Shown here: one piece after another, positions 38,621 to 51,319 of the stretch
How the letters are laid out: every line of letters begins with the position of its first letter
Position numbering within the stretch: position 1 is the first letter of the stretch
Origin: Octopus sinensis
Lineage: Eukaryota
DNA: 64,000 nucleotides
Reading direction: 5' to 3'
Assembly (NCBI RefSeq): GCF_006345805.1
Contig: NC_043000.1
Span: 86,118,001 to 86,182,000, forward strand
Notes under the pieces: generated by a model
Databases searched by the model: none
What the model saw: only the letters and a program-made list of their open reading frames with translations
Told to the model about the DNA's origin: nothing
Made by a program: the position numbers and the translations under genes

Positions 38621-39125
38621 AGTTATTAGTTAGATAATAATACCAGTGAATCCAATATTTCATAGAAAGTATCAGTATAAAAACAAAGATTTCTGAGCTA
38701 CTTTAAGCAAGAGAAACTTTTAGACATAACTTTTTGAGAATAGATTTCAAATAAAATTCATTCTTCCAGTCTATACTAGAAGAGGTTATGTTTTTATCAT
38801 ACAGAAAAAAGGGTGGTGGTGATGGTGGTGGAAGAACAACAAATAAAAATAACTGAAGCATCTAAAAACAAAATAACAGATATTTTTGAATTATTCTCAT
38901 TGTCTGGTCATCAGAGCCCTCAAGTGTATTAATTGAATTTTATCTTAAACAAATCTTCTTGCTATGAAATTCATTGCAAAACAGCTGAGTACCATGGAAT
39001 TATCTTTTAAAGCAGACTTTGGAAAGAAATTTTTTTCTATTTAAATCTTCATAAGAATATAAGGATTTTATTCAAAATCACATCATTCAATGAAATACTG
39101 CTCTATAGAATACACCCCACCACAC

Positions 39126-39419
39126 ATCTGTAAGTAAAAGGGATGGAAGAGTTAGTCAAGTACTACAGTTGTTTCAAAAGCATATAAGGTGCATATTACA
39201 CATCACTATGAGTGTCTTATAAGTGTCTGGTATAGTTTTACATCAAGTATATACAACTTCAGTTTAAAATAGTCTGCAGATTATTTTCAACTAAACCTAA
39301 TGAAAAAAGTTCATTGGACAGCTACAAGACATTGATGATGATGTGTAATGTGCATATGTTGTGCTTCTGAAACAGCTGTAAGTACTTGACTATCTCTTCC
39401 ATCCCTTTTATTCACAGAT
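39126..39419. repeat. Fold-back element: ~100-bp inverted arms around ~90-bp spacer
   Basis: 39126-39227 aligns to revcomp of 39317-39419 at roughly 80% (estimate by eye). Confidence 0.85.
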
Positions 39420-39556
39420 TTGCTTGTCATATTATAACCAATGTTTTTTGCTTTCAAAATGGCATTGTATAACACCTGTCATCTTATTGGGATTTTCTGC
39501 ATAATCCTGTCAAGTGGTAGTGGGGGACAAACACAAAGAAACACACGCATAAATAT

Positions 39557-39790
39557 AAACATACATACATACATGCATGCATGCATGTATACATACATAC
39601 ATACATACATGCATACATGCAAAAATACATACATGCATGCATGCATACATACATACATACATACATTCATGCATACATACATGCATACATACATGCATGC
39701 ATGCATGCATGCATACATACATACATAAATACATACATACATACAAACATACATACATACATACATAAAAACAAACATACATACATACAT
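39557..39790. repeat. (TACA/TGCA)n microsatellite
   Basis: Direct reading. Confidence 0.95.
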
Positions 39791-39794
39791 TCAA

Positions 39795-41197
39795 TAAAAT
39801 AGTAGCCCACAATGTGTTTGTAGTGCCAGTACTCATACCAACATTTGGGCTGCTTGACTGGACACTTGATGAGATCTGAGCCATTGATGTGAAAACCCAG
39901 AAGATATACTAACAAGCACACATAATTTTCACATGAACAGTGATGTAGACAGCCTCTACCTAAATGAAAACAAGGTGGTGGAGGCTTAACATTAATCTAA
40001 AATGCCTTTGAATGTTGTATTATATCTCTTCAGTAACATCTTTTAACCACCGGGTGTCGAAGTGCATCCCTTGACCAAGTTTGTATACATGAGAATGATA
40101 ACACCATAAGACTTGGAAGACAGTTCCTTGAGCAGCATTCCCTGTCTGATGACCTTAAATACATGCTCAAAGAAGTTGTACAACTCAACTGCAATGTATC
40201 AACAGTTGAAAGGATGAGCATATATGAGCAGAAGACTATGCATGGATATGTTAGTAGAAAGCTAAGAGATGATAATAACATTGGTTACCAAAGCAGTCTA
40301 TCATGGACCAAGAACCAGATTACTAACTCCTGCTTTGAAGGGTATGTGTTTGCAATCCAGGAACAGGAAATCTCAATCAAATACCATACCTGATGCACAA
40401 AAGGGACAGAGATGCAGAAAAATGTGGAAACTGATGCAGATTTTGTGGAGTTAACACCAAAGATATCACCCACACCATAAGCAGTTGTCCAAAAATGTCA
40501 TCCTGGCATTATCTACCAATGAGACATGATGTTGTAGCTAGGAAACTGTAATGAGATCCTTCGAAAGGATAAGCTTGAGGACAAAGAAATAAGAGCCCAC
40601 AGTATGGTGGAAGCCAGAGCTACTCAACAAAAAGGAGTACTGGTGGAATGTCCCAGTGAAAACCCCAATAATATGTAAGTACAATAGACCTGACATGATA
40701 ATTTGGGATAGAGAAGAGAAGCTGTGTACAGATGTGGAAATCAGCTGCCCAATGGATGTTAACATAAAGCTGAAGATCAGTGAAAAAGAGAATACCTACA
40801 CTGAACTATTGAGAAATCTGCAGCTACTCTATCCAAGTTCAAGTTTAAACCTGTAATTATTGGGGCACTGGGATATGTAGCACACTGCTTAAATACCAAT
40901 CTTGAGAACTTAGTCTTCTCAAAAAAGAAAGCTGATTCAAAGACTACAGATACAAACCATCACTGGAACTGCAAAAATCTGTAAAACTTTTCAGAAATTT
41001 ATCATTTAAGTATATATGAGCATGTCTAAATATACAAGCATATGCATGAGAAGACATACCGAATTGAACATATACATACATGCATATATACATAAATACC
41101 CTGTTGTTGATGTTGAAATTCCAATGAAGAAGCCTTGGATCTAGGTTACAAACTGGCTCCTCTATTGGCAAGAAATCTTGAAATAAAACTGAATAAT
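39795..41197 (+). mobile_element. 5'-truncated R4/Dong-type LINE (RT thumb, zinc-knuckle remnant, restriction-like endonuclease)
   Basis: VPVLIPTFGLLDWT, SDVDSLYL, FEGYVFAIQEQEI, RHDVVA, YWWNVPVK, YNRPDMIIWDREEKLC..VEISCP.D.N, IIGALG; frameshifts and stops; ends aaataaaactgaataat. Confidence 0.85.
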
Positions 41198-43106
41198 GAC
41201 ATGCATGCATGCATATATACATACACACATATATCATCAACATCTTTTTAAATCTGTTTTCCATGTTGGCTCAAGTCATTTCTTAGTAGGATCTGTTGCT
41301 CCCATAGATTGGTCCTTGTATGTATCCTTGTGTGTCTCATTTAGTCAGTTGTTTGAATTCCTTTCCTATTACTAACTATTTTAAAGAGTATACTTCGTGC
41401 ATTTTCTCATGGCACCAACACAAGAGAGGTTGAACAAATGGGCTTCAGAACCTTACACATTCTCTTGCCATTTGCCAATCACTTTATGCCTGTCTACCTG
41501 TCTGCCTGCCTGTCTGCCTGCTTACCTACCTACCTACCTACCTACCTACCCACCCATCAATCTACCTACCAATATACATACATATCTATCTTTCTATGTA
41601 TATATCTACCCCTCTCTTTCTCTCTCCCTCTCTGCTCCTCTCTCTCTTTTCTCTCCACACACACAGGTGTTTTGTAAAACTCAGTTGCTGATTGTCTCAT
41701 GTGACTGAAATGGTAATATCAGAATTCGTTATTCATTTCTTTCAAACAACCAATAAACAATTTTAAACATAACAATTTGTTTAAATATATTTATTTCCTC
41801 ACACTCTATCATACATGAGTTTACATAAAAAACTGTTTAAAATAAAGTTGAATGAACTTCGCTGCTCTGTTCATTATTTCAAGTCAGTTATGTATAACTG
41901 AATATCTTTTCACCAATATAAAATAATAAAACTATTATAAAATAAAAATAAATATATTTTCAAGTACAAATAGACTATTTTCTTTGAAATATGCATTTAA
42001 TATTGTATATACACTCTTCAATCATTTCAGATTTCCAACCTATAAATGCATTGCTATTCAGTGTTGAGAACTATATAAGTGTTGCTCTTAACCATTGTAG
42101 TTAAAAATTCAGATGGAGAATAATTTTGCAATGTTACATATGTAATGACAGAAATTATATATTGTGTTTTTAACACAACATGCCAATGAAGAAATTTTAT
42201 CACAGACAAAAATCTACAGCATCATGCTATTCAATGATGTATTTATGTTAAGCATTATACATATGTGGATATTTTAATTTAATGTTGTTTTATTTGCATA
42301 CCCTATGTTTTATTCAGCCTGGCAAGCTTTCCACAATATCAGTGAACATATTGTTTACAGTTCTCTATAGCTTAGAAGGGAGAAATTTCATCTGAGTTCA
42401 TGTCATTAACAAGGCACAGGAAGGTTGAGCCATGACTTACATTCTTGTAAGTAACTGCTGAGACAATGCATGCCTTTCTCCTATGAACATTGTGTCTTTA
42501 ACCCAAGTCTATGAAGAAGTTTTCTGTCAGACAAAAACCTTAGCATAATGTCTGTCAATAGTGTATGTACATTAAGCATAATATACTGATGGTTATTTTA
42601 ATTTAATACTGTTTCAGTTGCATGCACTAAGTTTAATGACAGTGTTGACTTATCTCACACACAAACAATTTCTCTTCTAATTTGGAATTTGTTTTTTTAT
42701 AATTTCCTCTTTTTGTCCTGGAGTTGTAGAATTGACAAGTAATATTTGTAGCCACTTTAACATGGCAGTTCATTTGAACGGAGTCTACTGTGATTTTTTT
42801 AACCCCAAGAGGACATCTCCTCTAGCTGGTTAACAATATAGAGCTGCATCCAATAAATTGCGAGCAGGGGAGCGAACACCAACCACCTTCTAGTGACAGG
42901 ACCAGCATACCAGTTCTGGTGTCAAGCTATTTCTGTTACTCCTCAGTACTGGACACCTCCTCTGCTAGAGATGAATTTTTTATTAGGATAATTAATATCG
43001 TACATAGAGGGGAAAAAACAGGACAATACAAACAATTATTGTTATTATGAGTTCGTATGATACTTAGTTTTAAAAAATATTGAATGATATATAATTAAAA
43101 TTTGAC

Positions 43107-44980
43107 TTTTTTTTTAGTGGGGATTAAACCTAATGGGCTGAAAATCCCAGCATCTATACTTTTTCCTTTTCCCATGAGGATTAAGCAGGGTCACTTGCAC
43201 CCACCTTTCTTACCACAGCCTTCCATCTTTTCTCGAGCACACCTTGCGACAAGCATCTCCTCTCCAGCCCTATCTTGCTCTTCAGAGGATATCTGAAGTA
43301 TGTCAGCAAACCAGGGCCAGAGATGAAGGATCCTGTCATGAGTCCTTGCAATATGGTCTTCTACACACACTCTTTCAACACTGCAACTGAACAGAGAAAA
43401 CATGCCTCACCTTCCTTTAAGAGTCCGGTTGGTGGCACAATCTTTATTATAGACTCAGCTGATAGCTGTACTCTGCTGAGGTGTGACAACTCACATTAAA
43501 CATAATTATCAAGCCTGAAAGCTTCCAGCACTGTACAAAAGCATGCTGGATGGTTTCATCATCCAGCCCACATCTTGGACATGCCATTGGCACTGACATT
43601 CCGTGCCTGGATAACTTATCGTGAACAGGTAAGGTGTTCCTGTAGCACTGCCAGGTCAGGGATTTTTGGTAATTATCCCAATACCCTGGTTTGAAAGTTT
43701 TTTGGAATGGATTGGCAAGTTGGTTCTTGTCAAACCCCAGAGTCCCTCCTTAGACGTCATCATTTTTAAACTCTACCAGCCCTTTATGCAAAACCTAGGT
43801 GGTATTCCACTGCTAGCCTTGCTTGTTTTGTGGATTAGCACGAGTGCCTGTCAATACTCCTTTTACCATTCTGTCAGATTACATCTTTTAATAAAACTGG
43901 GTTTGAATCTCTCCAAAGAGGCTGGTTGCAGAAAGAATTCCTCTGCCAGTGGATTCCACACCTTGTCGCCCTCCAGGTAGCACCAGAGATGTCTCAGCCT
44001 CAAGGCATGTCTGCGCATCATTAGCCAAGGCATCCCTAACCCACCCTTTAATGGTTCCTGGCATCAGACAGAGTGCCTCACAAGTGGCTTTCCTTCTTTC
44101 CTCAATAAACAGAAGAGAAGGTGCTCAAACTTGTTTAGCCATGAGCCAGGGCAAGAGACAGCAGTTAGGCGGTAGGTGATTACAGATGCAATAAACACCT
44201 GTACCACTTCCACCCTTTCTTTCAAGGACAGAGCCTGTCTGGACCAAGTCTGAACTAGGGCCTCCACCCTGTCTGCCATCTCAATCCAATTCTTTTCCAT
44301 CTGGGAGTCCGGTCCAAACCAAACTCCAAGCGACTTAACAGGACCATCTGTCCACTGACCCATGACACTGGATGATATCAACTTGCTCCTCCAGGTGCCG
44401 AGGCACAAGCTGATGGACTTGTCCTTGTTAACTTTTGCCCCTGCCACCATCTTGTATCCTTTGATAGGATTCTCTACACAAGGTAGCTGAGCCTCATTGG
44501 GCATGATGATGGAGATGTGTTCCGCATAAGTGGAGACCGACTCATTGGGGGTGTGCCCCAAATTCTCCAACGTCCGCAGTAATGGCTCAAAAGCCAACAC
44601 ATACAGAAGTGGAGACAGGAGACATCCTCGACAAACTGAGTGCTTGATCAAAAACGGCTCTGACAGGAAGCTGTTTATCTGAACTGTGGATTTGATGCCA
44701 CTGTATATTGCGGAGATCCACCTATGGAAGTCCGGGCCCAGCCTAGCCGCTTCAAGGACAGCTGCCAGGTACTGGTGGTCTACCCTATCAAATGCTTTAC
44801 TTTGGTCTAAATGAACCAGTGCCCCACCTTTGCTGGTTAATTTACCCAACCTGTCTAAGGTGTAGTCTATAAGGTGAAGATTGTCCTGGATCGACCTACC
44901 TGGAATGGTGCATGTCTGCACCTTCCCTACAAGCTTCTCTACGACAAGCATCAACCTTTTTGCTAACACCTTGGCCAAAA
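43107..44980 (-). mobile_element. 5'-truncated Tx1/L1-clade LINE with poly(A) end
   Basis: RT ORF continues into a zf-RVT remnant (WQCYRNTLPV.DKL.RHG...CPRCG...ETIQHAFVQC); A9 tail at 43107-43115. Confidence 0.9.
44064..44978 (-). pseudogene. Tx1/L1-type reverse transcriptase fragment (304-codon open frame, catalytic YADD decayed to YAEH)
   Basis: DQSKAFDRVDHQYL, SVCRGCLLSPLLYVLAFEPL, STYAEH, LGVWFGP in the ORF track; no natural start, 5' truncated. Confidence 0.9.
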
Positions 44981-45077
44981 TGTTTCATGTTCAGTTGATC
45001 ACTAGAATTAATGTAATTGATTAGCTTCCTTCCATAAAATTTCAGGCCTTGAAGGGATTATTATTGTTATTATTATT

Positions 45078-45372
45078 GATCAGACTCAGGTTTGTACTTA
45101 TTCCTGGTAGAATTTATCTGGGTAACAGGTTATTATCTGTAACCTTAGGTATCCACAACATTTCAATAGTCTTTCAAGTGCTTTAGACCCTCCTGATAAT
45201 CTTTCCTGCTCCTAAAAGGCAAAATTTATGTAGGAGCTCTACAGGACATTCTATTCCAATTTCTTTCAACCATTTGTCTATATCTTTGCTTACAGTTCCC
45301 AATGCACCAGTTATTATAGGCACAACTTTTACAGTTTTCGCATCCCAAATTCTTGAAATTTCAAATTTTAAG
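45078..45372 (-). mobile_element. 3' end of an R4/Dong-type LINE ending in (AAT)n
   Basis: KFEISRIWDAKTVKVVPIITGALGTVSKDIDKWLKEIGI...IIRRV, short UTR, then AAT repeats at 45058-45077. Confidence 0.8.
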
Positions 45373-46419
45373 AGATGATTTTTTTTTTGTTTTTCATTTT
45401 CTTTCTTTCTGATCCTGGAACCCATGCTTGCATAGATAGGTCAGAATTTGTTAAGGCAGATTTTCAACAGTTGGATGCTATTCCTGTCACCAACCTTCTG
45501 TTTCTGAGCAAGGTAATATTTCCACATGGATGGGCATGTTTTGGTAGAAAATTTGAAACAAAGGCCACTGCTTGTATAATGATAACACTCATTTCCAACT
45601 ATTGCATGATGTCAAAACAAGGTGACACAAACTCTCTCTCTATTTCACACACACACCTATATATGTATATAAATGCAAAGCATTTTATCCAACACAAATA
45701 AAGTTTTGATGATGATGTTTGATGTTGAAAAAGAGGTGTATAAAAATCTTTGTTTCTCCTGTAATTAGAAGAGACACAGTTATTTTCCCCTGTTGTCTGT
45801 AGTTAGGGAACAAACATTTTTATTTAAAATGTTGACAAGTTTCGTGTTTGAAAAATGATGATCGATGTGAGGCACCCATAATAGCTGTAGAAGTGGTTAA
45901 CATTAGAACTGTCATCTACCTTGAAAATTTTGCTTGACAAAGTGAAAAAAAATGACATTTTCTGTAGACATTTTTTTTGAGAAATATAAGAAATGTGTAG
46001 GTGTTAAATCTATTAACTTCAGTAATGGTATAGTGAAACACAGCTGTGAGGTGAAAATGGCAGTGGTATAAACAATGAGTACGATAAAAACACTGACAAC
46101 AGCAGAAACGACATGAAGACACAGTGGCAAGAACAATAAAATCAAAAAGAATAATAATCCAATAGGAGGTGGGAAAAAAAGATGTTGAAATCAACATGAC
46201 TGACAATGAAAGGGTTGAGAATGTTAGTAAAAAGCAGAATGAAAAAAGTAACACCAGAATCAGTAACAACGACAGAAAACAGTAACATGATAACACCAAT
46301 AGAAAGAAACAATGCAAAGAATGAAAATGATAATAATAATGTGAAAACTGTAACACCAAGAAATATTGCTGTTATGTTAGAGTCAACAACTTGTAAGTTG
46401 AAAAGTGAAGTTACAGGGT

Positions 46420-46690
46420 GAATGAAGTTGAGTGGAGACCAGAGTGGACCAAAGAAGATCCGAGGAAACCCAAATAAAACTGAAGGGATCTGAGGAGACC
46501 TGAAGTAACTTGAAAAGATTAGAGGGGATGAAATGGGATCTAAGGAAATCTGAGAGGTCCAGAGGAGATCTGAGGAAACTATAAGGGATCAAAGGAGATA
46601 TGGGGAAACTTGAGGAGACTTAAGGAGAGGAGATGGAATCAAAAGGGACCGAAGGAAACCTAAAGAGGTTTGGGAGGACTTGGTAAAATA
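46420..46690. repeat. Degenerate purine-rich 13-14-bp minisatellite (gaggagacctgaag / gggatctgaggaaac)
   Basis: Recurrent gatct-gagg / gaggagac motifs. Confidence 0.6.
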
Positions 46691-46865
46691 AGAAGCAATC
46701 TCTAGAAGAGAAGTCAAATACAGAGAAGATAAAACCAACTGTAGCTTTCTCTAAATATTTGTAGGCTTTAGCCAATATTTAAAAAGTTCTTCTTTTTCTT
46801 CTTCTTCTCTACCTCCTCCACCTCCTCCTTTCTCTCTACCACTTTCTCTTTTCCTTTTCTATTTC

Positions 46866-46910
46866 CTCCTCCTCCTCCTTCTTCTTCTTCTTCTTCTCCT
46901 TCTTCTTCTT

Positions 46911-46939
<29 letters not shown>
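46866..46939. repeat. (CCT)/(CTT)n microsatellite
   Basis: Direct reading; source of the poly-K/E ORF. Confidence 0.95.
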
Positions 46940-46941
<2 letters not shown>

Positions 46942-47160
46942 AGGTGGTGAGCTTGCAAAACTGTTAGTGTGTTGGGCAAAATGCTTAACAGCATTTCTTT
47001 TGATTTCTTACAGTCTGAGTTCAAATTCTGCTAAGGTCGATTTTGCCTTTCATCCTTCATGGGTTGACAAAATAAGTATCAGTTGAGCACTGAGGTTGAT
47101 GTAATTGACTAGTCCCCTTACCCCAATTTCAGACCTTGTACCTACCATAGGAAGAATTAT
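46940..47160 (+). mobile_element. SINE family B variant
   Basis: taaggtggtgagcttgcaaaactgttag...ctgagttcaaattctgc...ccttgtacctaccataggaagaatt. Confidence 0.85.
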
Positions 47161-47224
47161 TGCTATTATTGTTGTTGTTTTCATTTCCTATCTGAAAATT
47201 GGGAATTTTTTGTGCTACTTTCTT

Positions 47225-47394
47225 GCGCAGGAGTGGCTGTATGGTAAGTAGCTTGCTTACCAGCCATATGGTTCCGGGTTCAGTCCCACTGCGTGGCATC
47301 TTGGGCAAGTGTCTTCTGCTATAGCCCCGGTCCGACCAATGCCTTGTGAGTGGATTTGGTAGACGGAAACTGAAAGAAGCCTGTCGTATATATA

Positions 47395-47459
<65 letters not shown>

Positions 47460-47673
47460 GTATATGTTTGTGTGTCTGTGTTTGTCCCCCTAGCATTGTT
47501 TGACAACCGATGCTTGTGTGTTTATGTCCCCGTCACTTAGTGGTTCGGCAAAAAGAGACTGATAGAATAAGTACTGGGCTTGCAAAAGAATAAGTCCCGG
47601 GGTTGAGTTGCTCGATTAAAGGCGGTGCTCCAGCATGGCCGCAGTCAAATGACTGAAACAAGTAAAAAAAAAA
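47225..47673 (+). mobile_element. SINE family A, best-preserved full-length copy (tRNA-derived head, internal TA/TG microsatellite)
   Basis: A-box-like TGGCTGTATGG and B-box-like GGGTTCAGTCCC; many CpGs retained; ends atgactgaaacaagt(A)n. Confidence 0.92.
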
Positions 47674-48469
47674 AGAACATCAAGTTTTTCTTTAATTATA
47701 TTAGACTTCTATAGTGAAACCAGAAGATTTCTATCAGGATAGGAGAAATTCTAAGCAAGAAATCTCAATCATTGCAGTCAACTGAAAAGCAACATAAATA
47801 ATATTTTCTTTTCTTTGATAATAATAGTTCTGGAAGAAGTCTGTCAATTTTTCCCACTTGTACACTGAGACATTCTTTTGATGATGAGTAAACACGAAAT
47901 AAATGCCATGGAGGTTAAAAATAAATTGAAGCAAAAATATTAATATTAATATGACATAATAATGACATAAATTAACTAAACATTAACATGGAAATGAATT
48001 CAATTTGGGTTGACAATATTTGTTCTAAAATGGTTAATGCAGCAAATAAAATTCTGAAAATTTCTTATGTAAACACTCAAAGACAATTTTTACTTTAGGC
48101 TTGTCTAGACAGTTAAACTAAAGAATTTAAAAAATTGGTTTTTGATTATTTTCTTTATATATATATAACTTGATTAAAATCTTTACAGAATGATCTTTTA
48201 CATTTATAGAAAGATCTTTTACAAAAAAAGTTTGAATTTTGAGAGTCATTCATACAAGTCTTTGGTATTTCAAAATAACATCTCACTTTCTTTTCTATTC
48301 TAGTTATTGTAATATAAATGCAAGTAATATAAATTAATCAAACTCAAAAGCAATATGAATTTATAAAATAAGAGGGAGAATCTAATATAGATGCATATAA
48401 TAAAGTTTTGTGTATACACATATGAATTCCTAAAAATATTCAACTATGTCATTTTATTATTAAGATCAT

Positions 48470-49135
48470 ATCATCATCATCATCATCGTTATCATTTAAT
48501 GTCTGTTGTCCATGCTGGCATGGGTTGGATGGTTTGAGTGGGCTGGCACACTGGAAGGCTGTGCCAGTCTCCAGTCTGATTTGGCATGGTTTTCTATGGC
48601 TGGATGCCCTTCCTAACATCAACCACTTTGAGAGCGTAATTGGTGCTTTTACGTGCCACCAGCATGGGTGCCATTTGCGTGACACTGGTATCTGCCATGA
48701 CTATGATTTTGCTCGGCTTGATGGGTGTTCTTCTCGAGCACGACACAATGCTAAAGGTCTTGGTCATTGCCTCTGTGAGGCCCAACACTCGAAAGGAGCT
48801 CTGCCACTTTGCCTCCATGAGGCCCAACACTCAAAAGGAACTCAGCCACTAAGCCTCCATGAAGCCCAACACTCGACAGGTACTTAGTAACTTTGCCCCT
48901 GTGAGGCCCAATGTTCAAGGGTTGATTTATTTTTACATGTCACCAGCACGGGTGCACTAGGCTTAAAAGATTTCTTTTGATTTCTTACAGCCTGAGTTCA
49001 AATTCTGCTAAGGTCGATTTTGCCTTTCATCCTTTATGGGTTGACGAAATAAGTATCAGTTGAGCACATCACCAAAGGCCTTGGTCACTAGTCATTGCCT
49101 CTATAAGGTTCAAAATTCGAAGGTCGTGCTTCACC
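48470..49135 (-). mobile_element. SINE family C with internal 42-bp tandem expansion and an inserted SINE-B fragment
   Basis: catcatcatcg...ccatgctggcatgggttgg tail; tgcctctgtgaggcccaacactcgaaagg unit about 3.7 times at 48768-48920; family C sequence resumes at 49068. Confidence 0.8.
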
Positions 49136-49255
49136 ATCTCATCCCATGTTTTATTGGGAGTGGAGAGCAATGTGAAGAGTGGGATGAAAGGGAGGGGTGA
49201 TCAGGGACAAAGGTGGAGACCAAAGGTATGTATGGGTGAATATATATATATATAT

Positions 49256-49333
<78 letters not shown>

Positions 49334-49729
49334 GCAGGAAGTAGGGGAGGAGCTTATAACCAATATGACATGGTGTTCAATAGTAGCAACAGGATGATAT
49401 TGAGAGTGTTAGGTAGGTGATATGGGGAGGTGGCTTCAGGGTACAGGAAAATGGTTGTTCAAAAGTATTGGGAGATGGAATATATGCATCTCTGCTCTTA
49501 TAGAATTATTATAATTACAGCAGCTAAGGTAGTACTGTGTTTAAAAGAGTGATGGTGAGATGGGTATTGTGAAATGGGTTGTAGGGATGACTTGAATGCA
49601 GGGGGAATAGCCAAAACTCTATGCTTTTAGGACCTTATTTTTACTAGGGTGGATAGGTCTTTTTGAACATAATGAACTATTAGTCATCCTCAACATTTGT
49701 TATCTTTTCCAGGAGGTTCAACATCCTGA

Positions 49730-50260
49730 AATATGTCTTCACTACTTATGCTTGCACTTTGTTGTTTGTTCACTGACATTGCACATCCAGCAGAACATGC
49801 TTGCTTCATTCCTTTCTAGTCTTTATATATATATACTCTGCATTCATGGTCCACATTTTACTACCATATAGTATCACTGTTCGTACACAAACATCATACA
49901 TTCTGTCTTTCACTCTGAGAGACCTTTTGGTGCCAACAGAGTTAATAGCTCCCTGAACTTTCTCCATCTTGTTATTCTAGCAACTATGCTTTCAGAACAT
50001 CGTCCACCACTACTAATTAGACCACCTGGATAAAGAAGCTATCTGCTACCTCCAGAGAGTATCTAGGGCATTTGAGAAAATTTGTTTCCTGTGTGTTTTC
50101 AGTGTTTATTGTTCTTGTGCATCAGCCATAGACAAAGTCCAGTCTCTCCATTAACTTTTCTGTGATTCTATTGCACCTCTGTGTCTATATTTTGCACTGG
50201 GCACACTGTATGAATTTCTATCTACATGTTTGCTATATATTGAGCATTTCAATAGATGTT
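49730..50260 (-). mobile_element. Degenerate RTE-type LINE fragment (RT C-terminus)
   Basis: Minus-strand remnant SLEVADSF and a decayed SQSERQ/SDTIW stretch resembling RTE SLRVKGRLY...GSETW; heavily mutated. Confidence 0.45.
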
Positions 50261-50334
50261 GTATTCTGCCTGCCTTTCTGCTAACTAAAACTCTGGTCTT
50301 TGCTAAATTTAAGACACCTTATTCTTTTATTTGT

Positions 50335-50523
50335 TTCAGTCATTTGACTGCAGTCATGCTGGAGTACTGCCTTTAGTTGAATGAATCAACCCCAGGACTT
50401 ATTCTTTGTAAGCCTAGCACTTATTCTAATGGTCTCTTTTGCCGAACTGCTAAGTTATGGGGACGTAAACACATGAACATTGCTTGTCAAGTGATGGTGG
50501 TGGCGGTGGGGAGCCAAACACAG

Positions 50524-50555
<32 letters not shown>

Positions 50556-50735
50556 GTTTGTATATATATATGACGAGCTTCTTTCAGTTTCTGTCTACCA
50601 AATCCACTCCACTTTTGTCAGCCCGAGGATATAGCAGAAGACACTTGCCTGAGGTGCCATGCAATGGGACTGAACCCAGAACCATGTGGTTGAGAAGCAA
50701 ACTTCTTACCTCAGAGCCACACCTGTGCCTATAGC
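50335..50735 (-). mobile_element. SINE family A, near full length
   Basis: tgtttcagtcatttgactgcagtcatgctggag...gggactgaacccagaaccatgtggttgag. Confidence 0.85.
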
Positions 50736-50999
50736 TTCCTACCGCACAGCCATGCCTGTTCACACCAGAAATTTCTTTTCTAATTTTCCTACAGATTCTG
50801 CTATAAGAAGGTCATCATCATAGAAGACTTCCCACAAGCACTTGGTCTTAAACTCCTCTGTTTTGGCCTGGAGAACTATGATGAATATAGCCCAGCATCA
50901 ACAAAAGCATTGAGAACAAATATGGTAGGGAGAAACTAAAAGAAGTCCATTGTGTATACAGACATACATACATATGTACGTATGTATATATGTGTATCT

Positions 51000-51245
51000 A
51001 TGTTCGTTTACATTTGTGCTCTATGGCAGTTGCTACCATTGGTATTATTTCTGTCACTGATTCTGTCAACAACTTGTCTACTCCCTTTGTGCCTTTGTAG
51101 ATATGTGAAATAAGAGATTCCTTACTTGAGGAAATGTTAAGGATTAATGACAGGAAGGGCGTACAGCTGTAAAACAAGGCCTCACTAATATATTTATTCA
51201 ACTCATGCTAGCAGAGTATGGAAAAAACGATGTAAAATGAAAAAA
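51000..51245 (+). mobile_element. SINE family D fragment (aataagagattccttacttg motif; related copies near 17480-17755, 18450-18720, 36170-36330 (-), 52520-52790)
   Basis: Shared gagattccttacttg / gacaggaaggg..cagctgtaaaacaa..gcatggaaaa motifs. Confidence 0.65.
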
Positions 51246-51319
51246 AAAAACAAATATGTATGTGTCTATATGTTGTGTGTATGTAGATATGAACACACAC
51301 ACACACACAACACATTGTA

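Noticed and set aside
42915-42960. Hammerhead-like core CTGAGGA...GAAA on the minus strand
   Set aside because: Stem II is 1-2 bp, stem III has a mismatch and stem I is out of register; not a canonical ribozyme by eye. An Infernal search could overturn this.
47225-47300. tRNA-like A/B boxes
   Set aside because: SINE head: no complete cloverleaf, and it continues into the SINE body. No genuine tRNA gene called anywhere in the window.
48768-48920. 42-bp repeats with variable positions resembling a CRISPR array
   Set aside because: Units are contiguous degenerate tandem copies without unique spacers, lie inside a SINE, and the DNA is eukaryotic with no cas genes.
50794-50925. Plus-strand frame with KKVIIIEDFP, reminiscent of a RAD17-type Walker B
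   Set aside because: The 3' half is decayed SINE sequence and no flanking ATPase motifs are present.
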